64,000 nt of DNA from a virus. Where the stretch lies: positions 1-64,000 of the IMG/VR virus record IMGVR_UViG_3300042396_000723; one strand, 5' to 3'. The stretch's first letter is position 1, and each line of letters starts with the position of its first letter. Shown one piece after another: positions 36,513 through 46,696 of this stretch. The notes beneath the pieces are model-generated. The model did not search any database and was not told the origin of the DNA. It saw only the letters and a program-made list of their open reading frames with translations. The translations under genes and the position numbers were made by a program.

Positions 36513-37949
36513 CTATTTATTAATTAAGACTTTGGACTGAGAGGACTGAGATAATTGAGACTCCCATGCGGGTTTGAGGTAATTCGTGTAACGCTTGTTA
36601 GTAGAACGCGGCTCTATTCCTAACTCGCTACAAATTTGTTTTAGGGGTGATGGAATCAAACCGTGGGAATATTTAAAAGCCCGAAGTTCAAGAGAAGATT
36701 TAAACAGGGCAGTATTAACCTGCTCCCACCAATCACTATCCGGGTCGGTTGATTTGGCACTGGCAAAGGTAACGTTAAATCCTGATAGGTCAGGAATTGA
36801 AACTACTCTTGATTGCCCTTTGATTGTGCAGATAGCGGGTCTTTTCCCTTCCTTGAGCAACCTTTCAGCTATCTCTATTAACCCCGTTTTCTCCCCTGCT
36901 AAATACCGTAACTGCGATTCAGGGATTGATGGGTAGCAGATTATTAATTGAGCTAAATTTTCCAGTGTTGCCAAAGTAAAACCACCCTCACCGACGGACG
37001 CGGATTGACCCACGGGGATTAACTTAATCTTGTAGCCTCTACCCTGCTTAATGATCTCAATTAGCTTATCGAGCCGGGAATTGGTTTTGTCTGACTTGTA
37101 TCGTTCCACGATACTGTCAAATTCTTCGCAGATTAGGCAAATCGGAGTCAGGTCAACTTGAATTTCTGATATCTTTTTGGCTCCGTTTTTGGCTCCGTCA
37201 ACACAAGCCTTAATCCGTTTATCTAATTGGGCGTGAACGTGATCAATTAGGCTATCAATCTCGTCATCGGGTTGCTTGATCCATTCGGTGTCCAACCCAA
37301 ACCAATTATTAAGATAACCGTCATTATCGGGCTTTCCATAGTTCGGGTCAGCAATAAACAGTTGACCATCGGGGTTATTCTCAAGCCATTGACTGATTAT
37401 CAATCCCAGGAGTTTAGATTTTCCCGACCCCGTGCCACCCGTTAGCCTTTGATGTGGCAACGATAGAAATTCGGATACCCAACCCGAATCATCTTTGATT
37501 GATTGAAACTTAGACTTGATTTCCGGTGGGATAGCGCGGATCAACAGTTGAGATGATTTGGCATAACCTTTTTCTCCAAAGTCCCCTAGACTATCCAAAG
37601 CCTGACCAACTCCCCAAACTGTCCAACTAACTGATTTAGCCAAGGTATCGGGGACGGTGCGGGGTAGATCCTCAAGTTTGACCATAGACTCATCCCCTAG
37701 TATCAACCCCGCTAAAGCACCAAGGCATCCCACGCCCGCTAAATATAGAAGGATTGAATTATTAACGGGTTTACGCTCAATTACCAAAACGCTACCCCAT
37801 TCTCCTTTCTGAGATTGGTGGGGTGAGATACCTTTTAAATCCTCAATCTGAACAGTCGCAGCGCTGAATAAACCAATGGCTGAAAATCCTAAACTTGCTG
37901 CAACGGCAACCCCCCAATTATCCTTAGTGAAGTTATTTGGTCTTGCCAT
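36513..37949 (-). CDS. membrane-anchored FtsK/SpoIIIE-like (or coupling-protein-like) P-loop ATPase
   Basis: Two N-terminal TM segments, Walker A LTGGTGSGKSKL, Walker B LICEEFD; start at the ATG preceded by AAGGAGG. Confidence 0.55.
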   Translation of the reverse strand: MARPNNFTKDNWGVAVAASLGFSAIGLFSAATVQIEDLKGISPHQSQKGEWGSVLVIERKPVNNSILLYLAGVGCLGALAGLILGDESMVKLEDLPRTVPDTLAKSVSWTVWGVGQALDSLGDFGEKGYAKSSQLLIRAIPPEIKSKFQSIKDDSGWVSEFLSLPHQRLTGGTGSGKSKLLGLIISQWLENNPDGQLFIADPNYGKPDNDGYLNNWFGLDTEWIKQPDDEIDSLIDHVHAQLDKRIKACVDGAKNGAKKISEIQVDLTPICLICEEFDSIVERYKSDKTNSRLDKLIEIIKQGRGYKIKLIPVGQSASVGEGGFTLATLENLAQLIICYPSIPESQLRYLAGEKTGLIEIAERLLKEGKRPAICTIKGQSRVVSIPDLSGFNVTFASAKSTDPDSDWWEQVNTALFKSSLELRAFKYSHGLIPSPLKQICSELGIEPRSTNKRYTNYLKPAWESQLSQSSQSKVLINK

Positions 37950-38739
37950 CTTTAGCCTCCTTTTCTGCCAATTGTTTAGCCTCAAGTTCTAATTGCTTTT
38001 GAAGGGCCTCAGTCCGCTTCTGCTGCTCGTAGGTTAAAGCTCTAAGTGTCATGGCAACCTCAGAGAACCGACGGACATCACTCGCCAAAACCGAGACATT
38101 AACAGAGGTAAACTTTAATTGAATTTGATCTGCCGATGTAGTTTCCCAATGGCGTTTTAGTGCCAAAAGATTTCCCCAAACCTCAAACAACAAATCAGCC
38201 GCTTGCTTCCGTTCTTTAGGTGAACCGTTAAATTCTCCCTCTAGCGTAGCTTTATCAAGTTTGTTAGCCAGAAAGTTGATTTTCTTAATCAGAAATAACT
38301 CAATAGAAATGGGTTTCTTTTCAATCTCAGAACGAGCTTGCAACAGGAATGTTTCTGCTACCGCTTCACTCAAGTTGTTAACTTGAAAACCTACCTCGTT
38401 TAATGACTTATCTAATAGCTCATTTCGTGCCATTTCTAAGTCAGGGGATGGTTGAAATTCTCCAGAATTATCATTAGCTTCGGTCGAGGTTTCCCCTGTT
38501 GGTTCTACCGTCATTTGCTGAACTTCGGCACTTTCAGCTACGGGAACGTTAGGAGCAAACTTCTTGATAATTCCTGATTTATTCCCGACTAAGGTAATAA
38601 AACTACAAACTGCAATAACTGTTAGTAAAACCGCTACTCGTTTTCGTGTTTTATTAGGCTTTCTAGGTTCCCTCTGAGTGGCTTCTGAATCCCCACTAAA
38701 AGCTGGTAAGTCATCACTAGGCTGTAAACTGTCTAACAT
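37933..38739 (-). CDS. membrane-anchored coiled-coil protein
   Basis: 268 aa; one TM helix (VAVLLTVIAVCSFITLV) then coiled coil. Confidence 0.5.
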   Translation of the reverse strand: MLDSLQPSDDLPAFSGDSEATQREPRKPNKTRKRVAVLLTVIAVCSFITLVGNKSGIIKKFAPNVPVAESAEVQQMTVEPTGETSTEANDNSGEFQPSPDLEMARNELLDKSLNEVGFQVNNLSEAVAETFLLQARSEIEKKPISIELFLIKKINFLANKLDKATLEGEFNGSPKERKQAADLLFEVWGNLLALKRHWETTSADQIQLKFTSVNVSVLASDVRRFSEVAMTLRALTYEQQKRTEALQKQLELEAKQLAEKEAKDGKTK

Positions 38740-38744
38740 CTATA

Positions 38745-39170
38745 TCAATCTCCCTGTGCATGGTGTGAGGTTTTGATTTTCTGGGCGTTGGTGTTTGGAG
38801 TGGTGTTTTCGGGCGAAAGTACCTTTCCATAGAGTTCAAGGGCTTCAAAGTATTCAGGACTCCCAGGCTGAAGGCAATTCAGGTGATTCTCGGTTGCCCT
38901 TTGGATCAGTTCACCCAACACAAGGTTAAAGTCTGGTTTTGTGTCTGATCTGTTGGGGCTTGTTTCCTTGTTTGATTGGGTGTTATTGCGGGTTGTGATA
39001 GCCAAGAGTGCAGTAGTTGTGGAACTAGCTATTAATCCGATAAAACCCCCGTATTGACCCATTCTAACCTCTGATATTTCCGGTTCTAATGTTAGGGATA
39101 ACAGGACTGAACTAAGACCACCAATCACAGTTCCAACCATGATCGCCTTAACGGGTTCTGGGATTTTCAT
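38745..39170 (-). CDS. membrane protein
   Basis: 141 aa with two hydrophobic helices. Confidence 0.45.
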   Translation of the reverse strand: MKIPEPVKAIMVGTVIGGLSSVLLSLTLEPEISEVRMGQYGGFIGLIASSTTTALLAITTRNNTQSNKETSPNRSDTKPDFNLVLGELIQRATENHLNCLQPGSPEYFEALELYGKVLSPENTTPNTNAQKIKTSHHAQGD

Positions 39171-39460
39171 ATTGATAGTTTTGGGATTGTTCCCTGATTC
39201 GACTAAAAACTACTTGATTGCTAAATATTAAAAACCCAATAAAGAATGCTGTTAAATAATAAATAGTATTCATTAGAAACAACCTCCCATTAAAAAGGGC
39301 ATTACGTTATGTGAGCAGTAAACTCCAAATAGATTAACCAAGTCGATAACGATTCCCACTTAAAACCCTCCCATTAATAATTCTAATTGTTGACTGATTT
39401 CCTTGGGTTGAGGGATTTTTAGGATAACTTCTATTCTCTCAACCCGTGTTTCTAGTTCGT

Positions 39461-39970
39461 TTATTCTCCGAAAAAACTTCTCACAGCTAACTGGGATTTT
39501 TTTGACTTTCCCACCGCTTCGTTAAGTTGCTGTTCTAAAGCCTCAATTGAGATTTCTTGATCAAAGTCTAAGAGGTTTCCTAACTCATCCCCGGACGCTT
39601 GATCAATTGCATTCTTGTACTCAGGAATCCCAACTAATAAAGCCTTGGCGGATTCAATTTCATCGTCTGCAATTTCATTTAAGAAAGCCAATTGTTTTGC
39701 TTTTTTAAATAGTTTAGCATCTTCCCGCCCGGAGTTTTGACCCGCAACAACAACGGCTTTAGTGTTAACAATCGCGTTATCCTTAGCTTTCTTTTGGGTC
39801 TTAACAACTGCATCATTGAGTTGATCTGTTGTACTCCCTTTGGTGATAGCTGATTTAGTCTGCTGTTTCGGCTGTTCCGCCTGGGTTTGGGGTTTCCGTG
39901 AGTTCTGATACAACTCGGTAAGTTCCGGTTGAGTGTTGTTGTCGGTAGCTTGTGATTCTTGATAGGACAT
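39461..39970 (-). CDS. hypothetical protein
   Basis: 169-aa ORF. Confidence 0.45.
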   Translation of the reverse strand: MSYQESQATDNNTQPELTELYQNSRKPQTQAEQPKQQTKSAITKGSTTDQLNDAVVKTQKKAKDNAIVNTKAVVVAGQNSGREDAKLFKKAKQLAFLNEIADDEIESAKALLVGIPEYKNAIDQASGDELGNLLDFDQEISIEALEQQLNEAVGKSKKSQLAVRSFFGE

Positions 39971-40328
39971 CGACTTTAAACTCCTTAAATAGTTGGGTTG
40001 TGTTTAGCATTAACATCTTCTGGAAAACTTCTATCTCGATAGATAAACCGTTGTTTAAACAGTGGTGATAGAGGCTTTGGAACTGATAGTAGGTATGGTG
40101 TGGGTATTTGGAACTAACAAAAATATGCAATAGGTACAAGATGTTTAATTCCGCCCAATCAACAGGTTTTCTTGTTATCCCCAAAACCCCTTTTCTGTCT
40201 GCGATTGTCTGGTGGGAAACCTTGAAAATCAACTGAATCTCTTTTGAGGAAAATGGTTCTAAAGCGTTTTCGTCTCTAAGATCTATTGTTTTCCTAATTC
40301 CCCCTTGCCTCGATCTAAAATCGCCCAT
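39855..40328 (-). CDS. hypothetical protein (start or extent uncertain)
   Basis: 157-aa ORF overlapping the downstream gene by about 116 nt in another frame. Confidence 0.3.
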   Translation of the reverse strand: MGDFRSRQGGIRKTIDLRDENALEPFSSKEIQLIFKVSHQTIADRKGVLGITRKPVDWAELNILYLLHIFVSSKYPHHTYYQFQSLYHHCLNNGLSIEIEVFQKMLMLNTTQLFKEFKVDVLSRITSYRQQHSTGTYRVVSELTETPNPGGTAETAD

Positions 40329-40451
40329 TCATGGCTTCCTATAGTCCTCCGTTCTGGGTTTACTCAGGCTTGATTTAACCTGATGTACCAATAGTAAACC
40401 CACCTCTAAGGGTGGGCATAGGGGAAAATACATCTGGGGTGGAATTTGCCA

Positions 40452-40655
40452 CTACTGATTATTCTTTTCCTGCCATTCCATAACATAAAGCGTGTGTTTG
40501 CAAAATCGTTTCAATACATCTCGGTCAACCCATAAGTCCACAAAGGTATTATCTTGATTAATCGTTGCAATACAGTATTGACCATTAAGGTTTTGCCCTA
40601 ATTTTATTTCCCCTTTTAGGTGATGGACTTCTTGAGAGTGTGAATAATTGTCCAT
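40452..40655 (-). CDS. hypothetical protein
   Basis: 67-aa ORF. Confidence 0.35.
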   Translation of the reverse strand: MDNYSHSQEVHHLKGEIKLGQNLNGQYCIATINQDNTFVDLWVDRDVLKRFCKHTLYVMEWQEKNNQ

Positions 40656-40852
40656 TATATTTTTCCCTCTGATTGTGCTAACAAACCTAAGTGGCGACGA
40701 AATTGAACGTATTGGGGTTTAGGGTCGTAGCCTTTGCGACGGTGATTTTTTACCGTGTCAGGGTCGGCTCCTGTTAACAATGAAATTTGGTTGATGGATT
40801 TTCCGGTAAGTAAACGAAATTCATCTACAGATAGTTCTTTTTGTGCAAACAT
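40655..40852 (-). CDS. hypothetical protein
   Basis: 65-aa ORF. Confidence 0.35.
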   Translation of the reverse strand: MFAQKELSVDEFRLLTGKSINQISLLTGADPDTVKNHRRKGYDPKPQYVQFRRHLGLLAQSEGKI

Positions 40853-40977
40853 TGTAATAGCCTCAACTGGGTTAAAGAATGGGTTGGGGTGGGGCTGATC
40901 GGCTGATATCCGGTCAGCCCCTTTCAGTATTTGTGTTAATGTTATGCTGATTATATGCTAAACGACATAAAAAAACA

Positions 40978-41229
40978 ATGGACAAAAGGTATAGAATTAC
41001 GATTAAGATCCCTGCGTGGCATAATAAGCGATTAAGGGAATGGGCAGCACTCAAGGGTGTAGCACCCACAACCTTGGCGGGTAACGTATTGCAAGCTCGA
41101 ATAGAAGCAAACGACGAACAAATTGTGGCGATGTTAAAGTCTCGGTCTGAGGATGAAGGATTAACTATTGAGGAATTTATTAAAAAGATTGTCAATGATT
41201 CAGATGATCAAGAAAAGCCCACTAGGTAG
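40978..41229 (+). CDS. ribbon-helix-helix (CopG-like) protein
   Basis: ITIKIPAWHNKRLREWAALKGVAPTTLAGNVLQARIE fits an RHH beta-alpha-alpha pattern. Confidence 0.5.
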   Translation: MDKRYRITIKIPAWHNKRLREWAALKGVAPTTLAGNVLQARIEANDEQIVAMLKSRSEDEGLTIEEFIKKIVNDSDDQEKPTR

Positions 41230-41281
41230 AGTGAGCTTCTTTGGAGTTATCGGGAATAAGGGCAGGAGTTGTAAGATTGTT

Positions 41282-41716
41282 TTAAATAAGACTGTTCAAA
41301 CTATTTACAATTTCTTCCTTATTGATTTCATCATCTACAAATCTTTTTGCATTGATTGAATCAATTAAAAATTGAAAAGCTCTTGATTCAGTAAGATACA
41401 TTGGGATATTTAAAACGTTGTCAAGTTCACCGTTAAATATTTTATTTGCTATTATCACGGCATCCTCAACATTTAGAACGCCATCATGCACCAACAATTC
41501 CACAATGCCAATTAATCCCATGTAGAATCCAGCTTTTAATAAATCCGAATAATCGGGTTTTACTATTTTGGCTTTTTCGTTAATTTCAACCGTAGATTTA
41601 TGAGCTAAACTGTATTCTAAACAGTATTTGAAATTATCTGGGTTCAATTGTGAGAGTAAAATAACGCCTTTTTCACTCACAAACTTTGAGCCAGAATCTA
41701 ATTCTTTAATGTCCAT
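41282..41716 (-). CDS. hypothetical protein
   Basis: 144-aa ORF. Confidence 0.45.
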   Translation of the reverse strand: MDIKELDSGSKFVSEKGVILLSQLNPDNFKYCLEYSLAHKSTVEINEKAKIVKPDYSDLLKAGFYMGLIGIVELLVHDGVLNVEDAVIIANKIFNGELDNVLNIPMYLTESRAFQFLIDSINAKRFVDDEINKEEIVNSLNSLI

Positions 41717-41829
41717 TTTGTCTCCATAATGTTTCCTGTGGGATGCCCCTACTCTGACGGGAATCAGAAATAGGGGCTTTTAATTTATTTTATCGCCACC
41801 ATTGTCCGTCGCTGATGAAGTCTTGATCG

Positions 41830-42159
41830 TTAGATAAACAAACTTAACTGACCCTCACTAGCAACCGCTTTACGTTTTGGATTGTTCCACGATTCCCCCC
41901 GACTGTTGACACGGTTTCGCCAGTGGGGATAGGTTCTGAACGGTTGTTTCAGTGCCACAAATTTAGGAATCAGTTTCAATTCCTCAAGCCAGATTTTGTA
42001 AGGACTGTATTCCCTGGCTCCGAATGGGTAGCGGTCGTTGCAATACTTCCGGGCATCCTTAGAGTTGATCTCTTCGCTCAGACAAGCGCATTGTGCTTCG
42101 TACTCGATCAAAGAGTCTGCAATCTTTGAGATTGAACAATCGCGCCAAGACATTTGCAT
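41830..42159 (-). CDS. hypothetical protein
   Basis: 109-aa ORF. Confidence 0.4.
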   Translation of the reverse strand: MQMSWRDCSISKIADSLIEYEAQCACLSEEINSKDARKYCNDRYPFGAREYSPYKIWLEELKLIPKFVALKQPFRTYPHWRNRVNSRGESWNNPKRKAVASEGQLSLFI

Positions 42160-42290
42160 TTCAATTCCCTCCAGAATAATAATTCAACCAATACCAAAAC
42201 GTTGTCAGTTGCCACTCGTGGGGTTTTTTACGACTGACAATATTGCGCCATAGTCTGAAGTTGGCTCGAAAGTCACGCAGGCCAGTCCAA

Positions 42291-42572
42291 TCAATCATGT
42301 TTCCTCCTGTGTTTTTTGGGGTTTAGCGATCGCAAATAATCTGCAATCGCTCGGCAATGGTTTGGATCATTAACATCTTCATGACACTGAATCCAATGTT
42401 TAATCAGTGTCAAATTGTAGCCATACCCCGCCCGATTCCCCCCAGGGCGTTTGTAATAATGAATATTTTCGATCCATTTTTTGTGAGAGTGTTTAACGGA
42501 ATCGGGATTTTTTAATCCCAGGAGTTTGACCGCTTCATGTTTGGAGCCAAATTCGTAGGCTGTGGCAATCAT
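42291..42572 (-). CDS. hypothetical protein
   Basis: 93-aa ORF. Confidence 0.4.
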   Translation of the reverse strand: MIATAYEFGSKHEAVKLLGLKNPDSVKHSHKKWIENIHYYKRPGGNRAGYGYNLTLIKHWIQCHEDVNDPNHCRAIADYLRSLNPKKHRRKHD

Positions 42573-42958
42573 AAACCTTGAATCCTTAACTGAATAGGAA
42601 CCTCGTTAATCTCCAACAATCCTTTTTTAGAAAGTTTTGCCAATTCAACCTGAACATCTTGCACGTCGAATTTAATTTCTTTCTCCTTCCCCAATGGAGT
42701 TACGCCAGAACAGTCAAGTATTGTGATTAGATTTTCTGGTGTAACTTCTAAATCTTTATTGCAGCCATAAAGAAGACGAAGCATATAGAGAATGTAGACA
42801 GATTTGTTTATTCCCCCTGCTATTAAATCCGATTGCAAATTATAAACAGATTGGACTAATTTACCCTGTTTATTCATCACTGTCCCCATATTTTTCTCTG
42901 GGGCTTTTAATTGAATGACGTTATCAATTTCAGTGGTTTCAATTTGTTCAACTTGCAT
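42569..42958 (-). CDS. hypothetical protein
   Basis: 129-aa ORF; 4-nt overlap with the next gene. Confidence 0.45.
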   Translation of the reverse strand: MQVEQIETTEIDNVIQLKAPEKNMGTVMNKQGKLVQSVYNLQSDLIAGGINKSVYILYMLRLLYGCNKDLEVTPENLITILDCSGVTPLGKEKEIKFDVQDVQVELAKLSKKGLLEINEVPIQLRIQGL

Positions 42959-42967
42959 AATCTTCTC

Positions 42968-43261
42968 CTATCTAGTAAAACTGATTTGAGCATCCCAGAG
43001 GGTTTGAAGCCACTGGTTTTGCGTGGGCATTAAGTGTTGATTTTTTTCTCTTAACGGATGCGGGAACATCCTCCGAGCTAGTTTAGATGCTGCGATCGCA
43101 TCTTTTTTAGAATGAAAATACCCAGGGAAACGTCGCCCTGATGCCAAGTGAGTAACCCCCCAGTAATCGTCGTCAATCCGATGTACAGCGATCCACTTTC
43201 TGATAGTTGCCTTTACTTTCCATCGCCCATAAATAGTATGGGTTACAATCGTTTTTCTCAT
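42968..43261 (-). CDS. hypothetical protein
   Basis: 97-aa ORF. Confidence 0.4.
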   Translation of the reverse strand: MRKTIVTHTIYGRWKVKATIRKWIAVHRIDDDYWGVTHLASGRRFPGYFHSKKDAIAASKLARRMFPHPLREKNQHLMPTQNQWLQTLWDAQISFTR

Positions 43262-43449
43262 GACTCAACCCTTGTTCTTGTGATAACTGAAACGGGAACC
43301 CCGTCCCAATCTTCCTGGATATAGTATCTGCCAGTGCCAGATTTATTCATTTCCTCGCACTTTTTCCGAGCTTGATTAAATCTCGGATAAGACGCGATAA
43401 TAACGCCTTTTCCTAGTTCCCAAATCGCGTAGCCTTTCTGTTTGCTCAT
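43258..43449 (-). CDS. hypothetical protein
   Basis: 63-aa ORF. Confidence 0.35.
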   Translation of the reverse strand: MSKQKGYAIWELGKGVIIASYPRFNQARKKCEEMNKSGTGRYYIQEDWDGVPVSVITRTRVES

Positions 43450-43540
43450 CTTTCTGTCTTAATGTTAATTTGGCATATTCAATAGCAAAAAATATGCCCC
43501 CTTTATACTGTTTTTCCCTGTATGGATTGGGGGCTTAAAC

Positions 43541-43697
43541 TTTAAGCTCGTTTTAATCTCGAACCATATTGAACGTGATGGTATAGAGTCTCAACAGTTT
43601 TGAACCGATGCCCACAGTCTGGACATTTCCGCTCTCGGTACTCTTTCCTCGTGCCGACTACACAAGTCTTTTCAGCGTTGCATTTAGGACATTTCAT
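43541..43697 (-). CDS. small zinc-ribbon protein (not in ORF track)
   Basis: Hand translation MKCPKCNAEKTCVVGTRKEYRERKCPDCGHRF... with two CxxC pairs, preceded by GGAGGAGG; coordinates approx. Confidence 0.4.
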
Positions 43698-44050
43698 TAC
43701 AACACCTCCTCCTTCTTGTTGTAAAAGTCTTTTAGTTCGCTAATGGCTTTAATGAGAAGATCAATTTCTGGAGAATAACGCTTCGTACTTGACATCTGGT
43801 TTCTGGTTAATGGGTTAAAAAAGGGGTGTAGCTAGAGGGCTTTCCACCCCAGGAGATTCTTACTTACACAAACGTTTAAATGATTAAACGATTTTTGTCT
43901 AAACATCACCTCCTTCATCTTCGGCTTCAATATCAATTGAAGCATCCGCTTTTTCTAGCAGCCATTCGATAAATTCTTGGTAGATTTCTTCTTTGGTCAA
44001 AGAAGGATAATCTATTTCTTCTGTGTCACCACAAGCTCTAAATATTGCTT

Positions 44051-44347
44051 TCATGATTCTCCTTTCTGCTTGATATAATCCCCAAGCGATAAAACATAAA
44101 CTTCTGTCCCTTGTTCAATTGTTCCTTCGCTCCATTCAGGCTTGGGGATTCCCTTAGAGATTCCTAACAAAGTAACTGTTACCGAGGGGACGCTGTTGCC
44201 GTATCCGTTGGTAAAGCGGATATGGGTTAGTGGCTTATGAAATCGGGATTGATAGTAAGGTTTAATCTCCCGATATTCCTCTAGCTTCACGCCGGAGGCT
44301 ATCATGTCAAACCACTTTTTCTTGATGGCTAGAGTTAAGGTTTTCAT
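44051..44347 (-). CDS. ASCH/PUA-like domain protein
   Basis: LTLAIKKKWFDMIASGVKLEEYRE resembles the ASCH N-terminal motif. Confidence 0.4.
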   Translation of the reverse strand: MKTLTLAIKKKWFDMIASGVKLEEYREIKPYYQSRFHKPLTHIRFTNGYGNSVPSVTVTLLGISKGIPKPEWSEGTIEQGTEVYVLSLGDYIKQKGES

Positions 44348-44379
44348 AACCCTTTTCCTGCTCTCATAAGTTCATTGAT

Positions 44380-44589
44380 CTAGCGAGTGCGATCGCGCCC
44401 CGCTTGTTGACCATCTTCATAACACCCTTGATCAAGGTGTGCTATTACTTCATCCCCTTTCAGGAGCCACCATTTCCGGTGATAAGGGACAGAACCCGTA
44501 GCGGTTCCCCAGAGTTCAACGCCTTCGGGCATCGCGTAATAATCTTTGTCGTAATTTGAAGCCACCCGTCTAATTTCTGATGCGTTCAT
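44380..44589 (-). CDS. hypothetical protein
   Basis: 69-aa ORF. Confidence 0.35.
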   Translation of the reverse strand: MNASEIRRVASNYDKDYYAMPEGVELWGTATGSVPYHRKWWLLKGDEVIAHLDQGCYEDGQQAGRDRTR

Positions 44590-44668
44590 AATTCTCTTAT
44601 TTATGCTGGGTTTTGAATTGGGGGAATTTCACCCCCGGAGTTAATCAGTCAAGAACCAAGGCAATTAT

Positions 44669-45352
44669 TTAGAAATCGAAATTACTTCCAGTGAGAACTT
44701 TTACTTCAACAGGTGGCAGCGCCGAGGGGAGTGTGGGAGTTTTGTTCCCAACTAAATAACTCAATTCATCTTGAGCAAGACCATCAATGCACTGCATCAT
44801 CCGAGTCCCTTCCATGTCGGTCATTCGAGACAGATTAGCCGGATCAGCTAAAACCGCCGACGCTTGATCTAACATCGCCCAGTCGGTGCGCTCCTGCCAA
44901 GACCACTTAAGGCTGTAATAATTAACAGGCTTGATAACGTTGTTGGCATCGGGTTTGGAGCTTGACTGTTTGACAAATTCGGGTACAAAAATGCCTGTCG
45001 CGGGTTCCACACCTCGCGCTTGAACTTCTGTGACGAGGCGGTTAAAATCCCCTAAAGATTGGGTTTTTAAGTACGTCACCATCACCACACCTTTAGGCAG
45101 TTCCCCCGATTCAGCGACGAACCAAATCTGTCCCCAGGTTGCGCCTTGAGTTTGTCCGAGGTCGCCCCAGAATTTGGAGAATTTCAGGATTGTCATGGAA
45201 CATTTAGAGCCATAATCGGTGTCGCCAATTGTCCATTGTCCGGCTTGGCAATTGTTACGAACGGCAATAGGGAAATTGGGAACTAAGATTGCATCTTTCG
45301 GCTTAGCTCCGAAGACGGAAATAGTGGATTTTTCGGCTGCTGTTTTTGTCAT
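44669..45352 (-). CDS. hypothetical protein
   Basis: 227-aa ORF. Confidence 0.5.
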   Translation of the reverse strand: MTKTAAEKSTISVFGAKPKDAILVPNFPIAVRNNCQAGQWTIGDTDYGSKCSMTILKFSKFWGDLGQTQGATWGQIWFVAESGELPKGVVMVTYLKTQSLGDFNRLVTEVQARGVEPATGIFVPEFVKQSSSKPDANNVIKPVNYYSLKWSWQERTDWAMLDQASAVLADPANLSRMTDMEGTRMMQCIDGLAQDELSYLVGNKTPTLPSALPPVEVKVLTGSNFDF

Positions 45353-45445
45353 TTTGTTTTAGCTTGGTTTCTGTTAGTTTAATTAGGCTTAATCGCACCG
45401 CCCCAACGCCTCACAATCGCACTATGAAGCGTAAGGGAAAAACGA

Positions 45446-45682
45446 TTACTGATTACGCTCTTTGTACATATCAAAAGGATAAAAGTCGTCATCCGGCATT
45501 TCGGGAAAGAAGCCGTCGCTACCATCGGCAAATAGAATAATTCCCCCTGAGTTGTTGGGGTTCTTGATAAAAATGTCCCCTTCTGGATTTGAGAAATAAT
45601 CCAGACTTAAACTAGATCCACGATCAGATCCGATCTCATAGGCTCTATCTAAATTTTTTCTGTCCATGTTAGTTTTCTCCAA
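45446..45682 (-). CDS. hypothetical protein
   Basis: 78-aa ORF. Confidence 0.35.
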   Translation of the reverse strand: MEKTNMDRKNLDRAYEIGSDRGSSLSLDYFSNPEGDIFIKNPNNSGGIILFADGSDGFFPEMPDDDFYPFDMYKERNQ

Positions 45683-45866
45683 GAATTGAATTAATTAATT
45701 CGTTAAACTCATTCATTGTTCCCTGTGGAATCTGCTTAATAATTGCAGGGATCAAAACATCGTCAATCTCAATACATCGGTCGTTATAGGTTTCGTTGAA
45801 CTCGACAATGAAGTCGCGTTCTTCTATTAATTCGACGAATCTTTCAGCCAACTGCTTAACATCCAT
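45669..45866 (-). CDS. hypothetical protein
   Basis: 65-aa ORF. Confidence 0.35.
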   Translation of the reverse strand: MDVKQLAERFVELIEERDFIVEFNETYNDRCIEIDDVLIPAIIKQIPQGTMNEFNELINSILGEN

Positions 45867-46096
45867 TACGCCACCTCCTCGTGGGATTTGTAATATTTCA
45901 CCGATCCGTTGTCGTAACGATATTCGATCCGATAGACTCGGTTAAATTTATCAGTTTCTTCTTTATTCGGAAATCCTATGATTCCTTCACATCTGAAGGT
46001 GGGATTTTCCCCATTCTCTCCCACCCATTCTTTAAATTCTTGGTAGGTGTCGAAGTTGATGGGTTCGATTCCCAGCGTGATGTAGTTACTGTTCAT
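45866..46096 (-). CDS. hypothetical protein
   Basis: 76-aa ORF. Confidence 0.4.
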   Translation of the reverse strand: MNSNYITLGIEPINFDTYQEFKEWVGENGENPTFRCEGIIGFPNKEETDKFNRVYRIEYRYDNGSVKYYKSHEEVA

Positions 46097-46171
46097 TTTT
46101 TTTGCCTTAAATAATTAATGCTTTGTTGAACCTTTTAGGGACTTGTTCAGGTCTCGGTTGTTCTATGGGTA

Positions 46172-46696
46172 TTAATAGCGGTTTTCCTCCTCAGTCCAAC
46201 TTTGTTCAACTAAGCAATCAACAGCTAACTGAAACGAACTATGGCGGGACGTACTATACTGAAAACCTTTCCCATGCACCAGCATCTCACCGACCGCATA
46301 AAACCAGGATTTGTACTGGACTACGAAACCCAACTTACAACCCGTCTCATAAATAACCGTCCCCTGTTGTTTGGCTAAGGAAACAATCATTTCTTGAGTT
46401 GGTTGATTCGCGTCGATTAATTCCCGTTTTTGGGAACAGATTAGCTCCCAATAGAATGAGAACTGATCCGCACCAATTAGAATTGCGCCACCATCAGCTA
46501 ACACAAATTTCAAGATGTCGTGATTGGTAAAGATACCTGTTATCTGTTCGGGCGTGGGATTGATTTGTCCGAATGTGTCCCAAGCAATGACTTGGGCAGC
46601 GATGGTCTTGTCTAGTGCTAACGCCATGATTTCCCCTGAAATCAGAGGGGCGGGCGCTGTCTGAACTTGACTTGTTTGGACGGTTGTTGCTATCAT
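46172..46696 (-). CDS. hypothetical protein
   Basis: 174-aa ORF. Confidence 0.5.
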   Translation of the reverse strand: MIATTVQTSQVQTAPAPLISGEIMALALDKTIAAQVIAWDTFGQINPTPEQITGIFTNHDILKFVLADGGAILIGADQFSFYWELICSQKRELIDANQPTQEMIVSLAKQQGTVIYETGCKLGFVVQYKSWFYAVGEMLVHGKGFQYSTSRHSSFQLAVDCLVEQSWTEEENRY

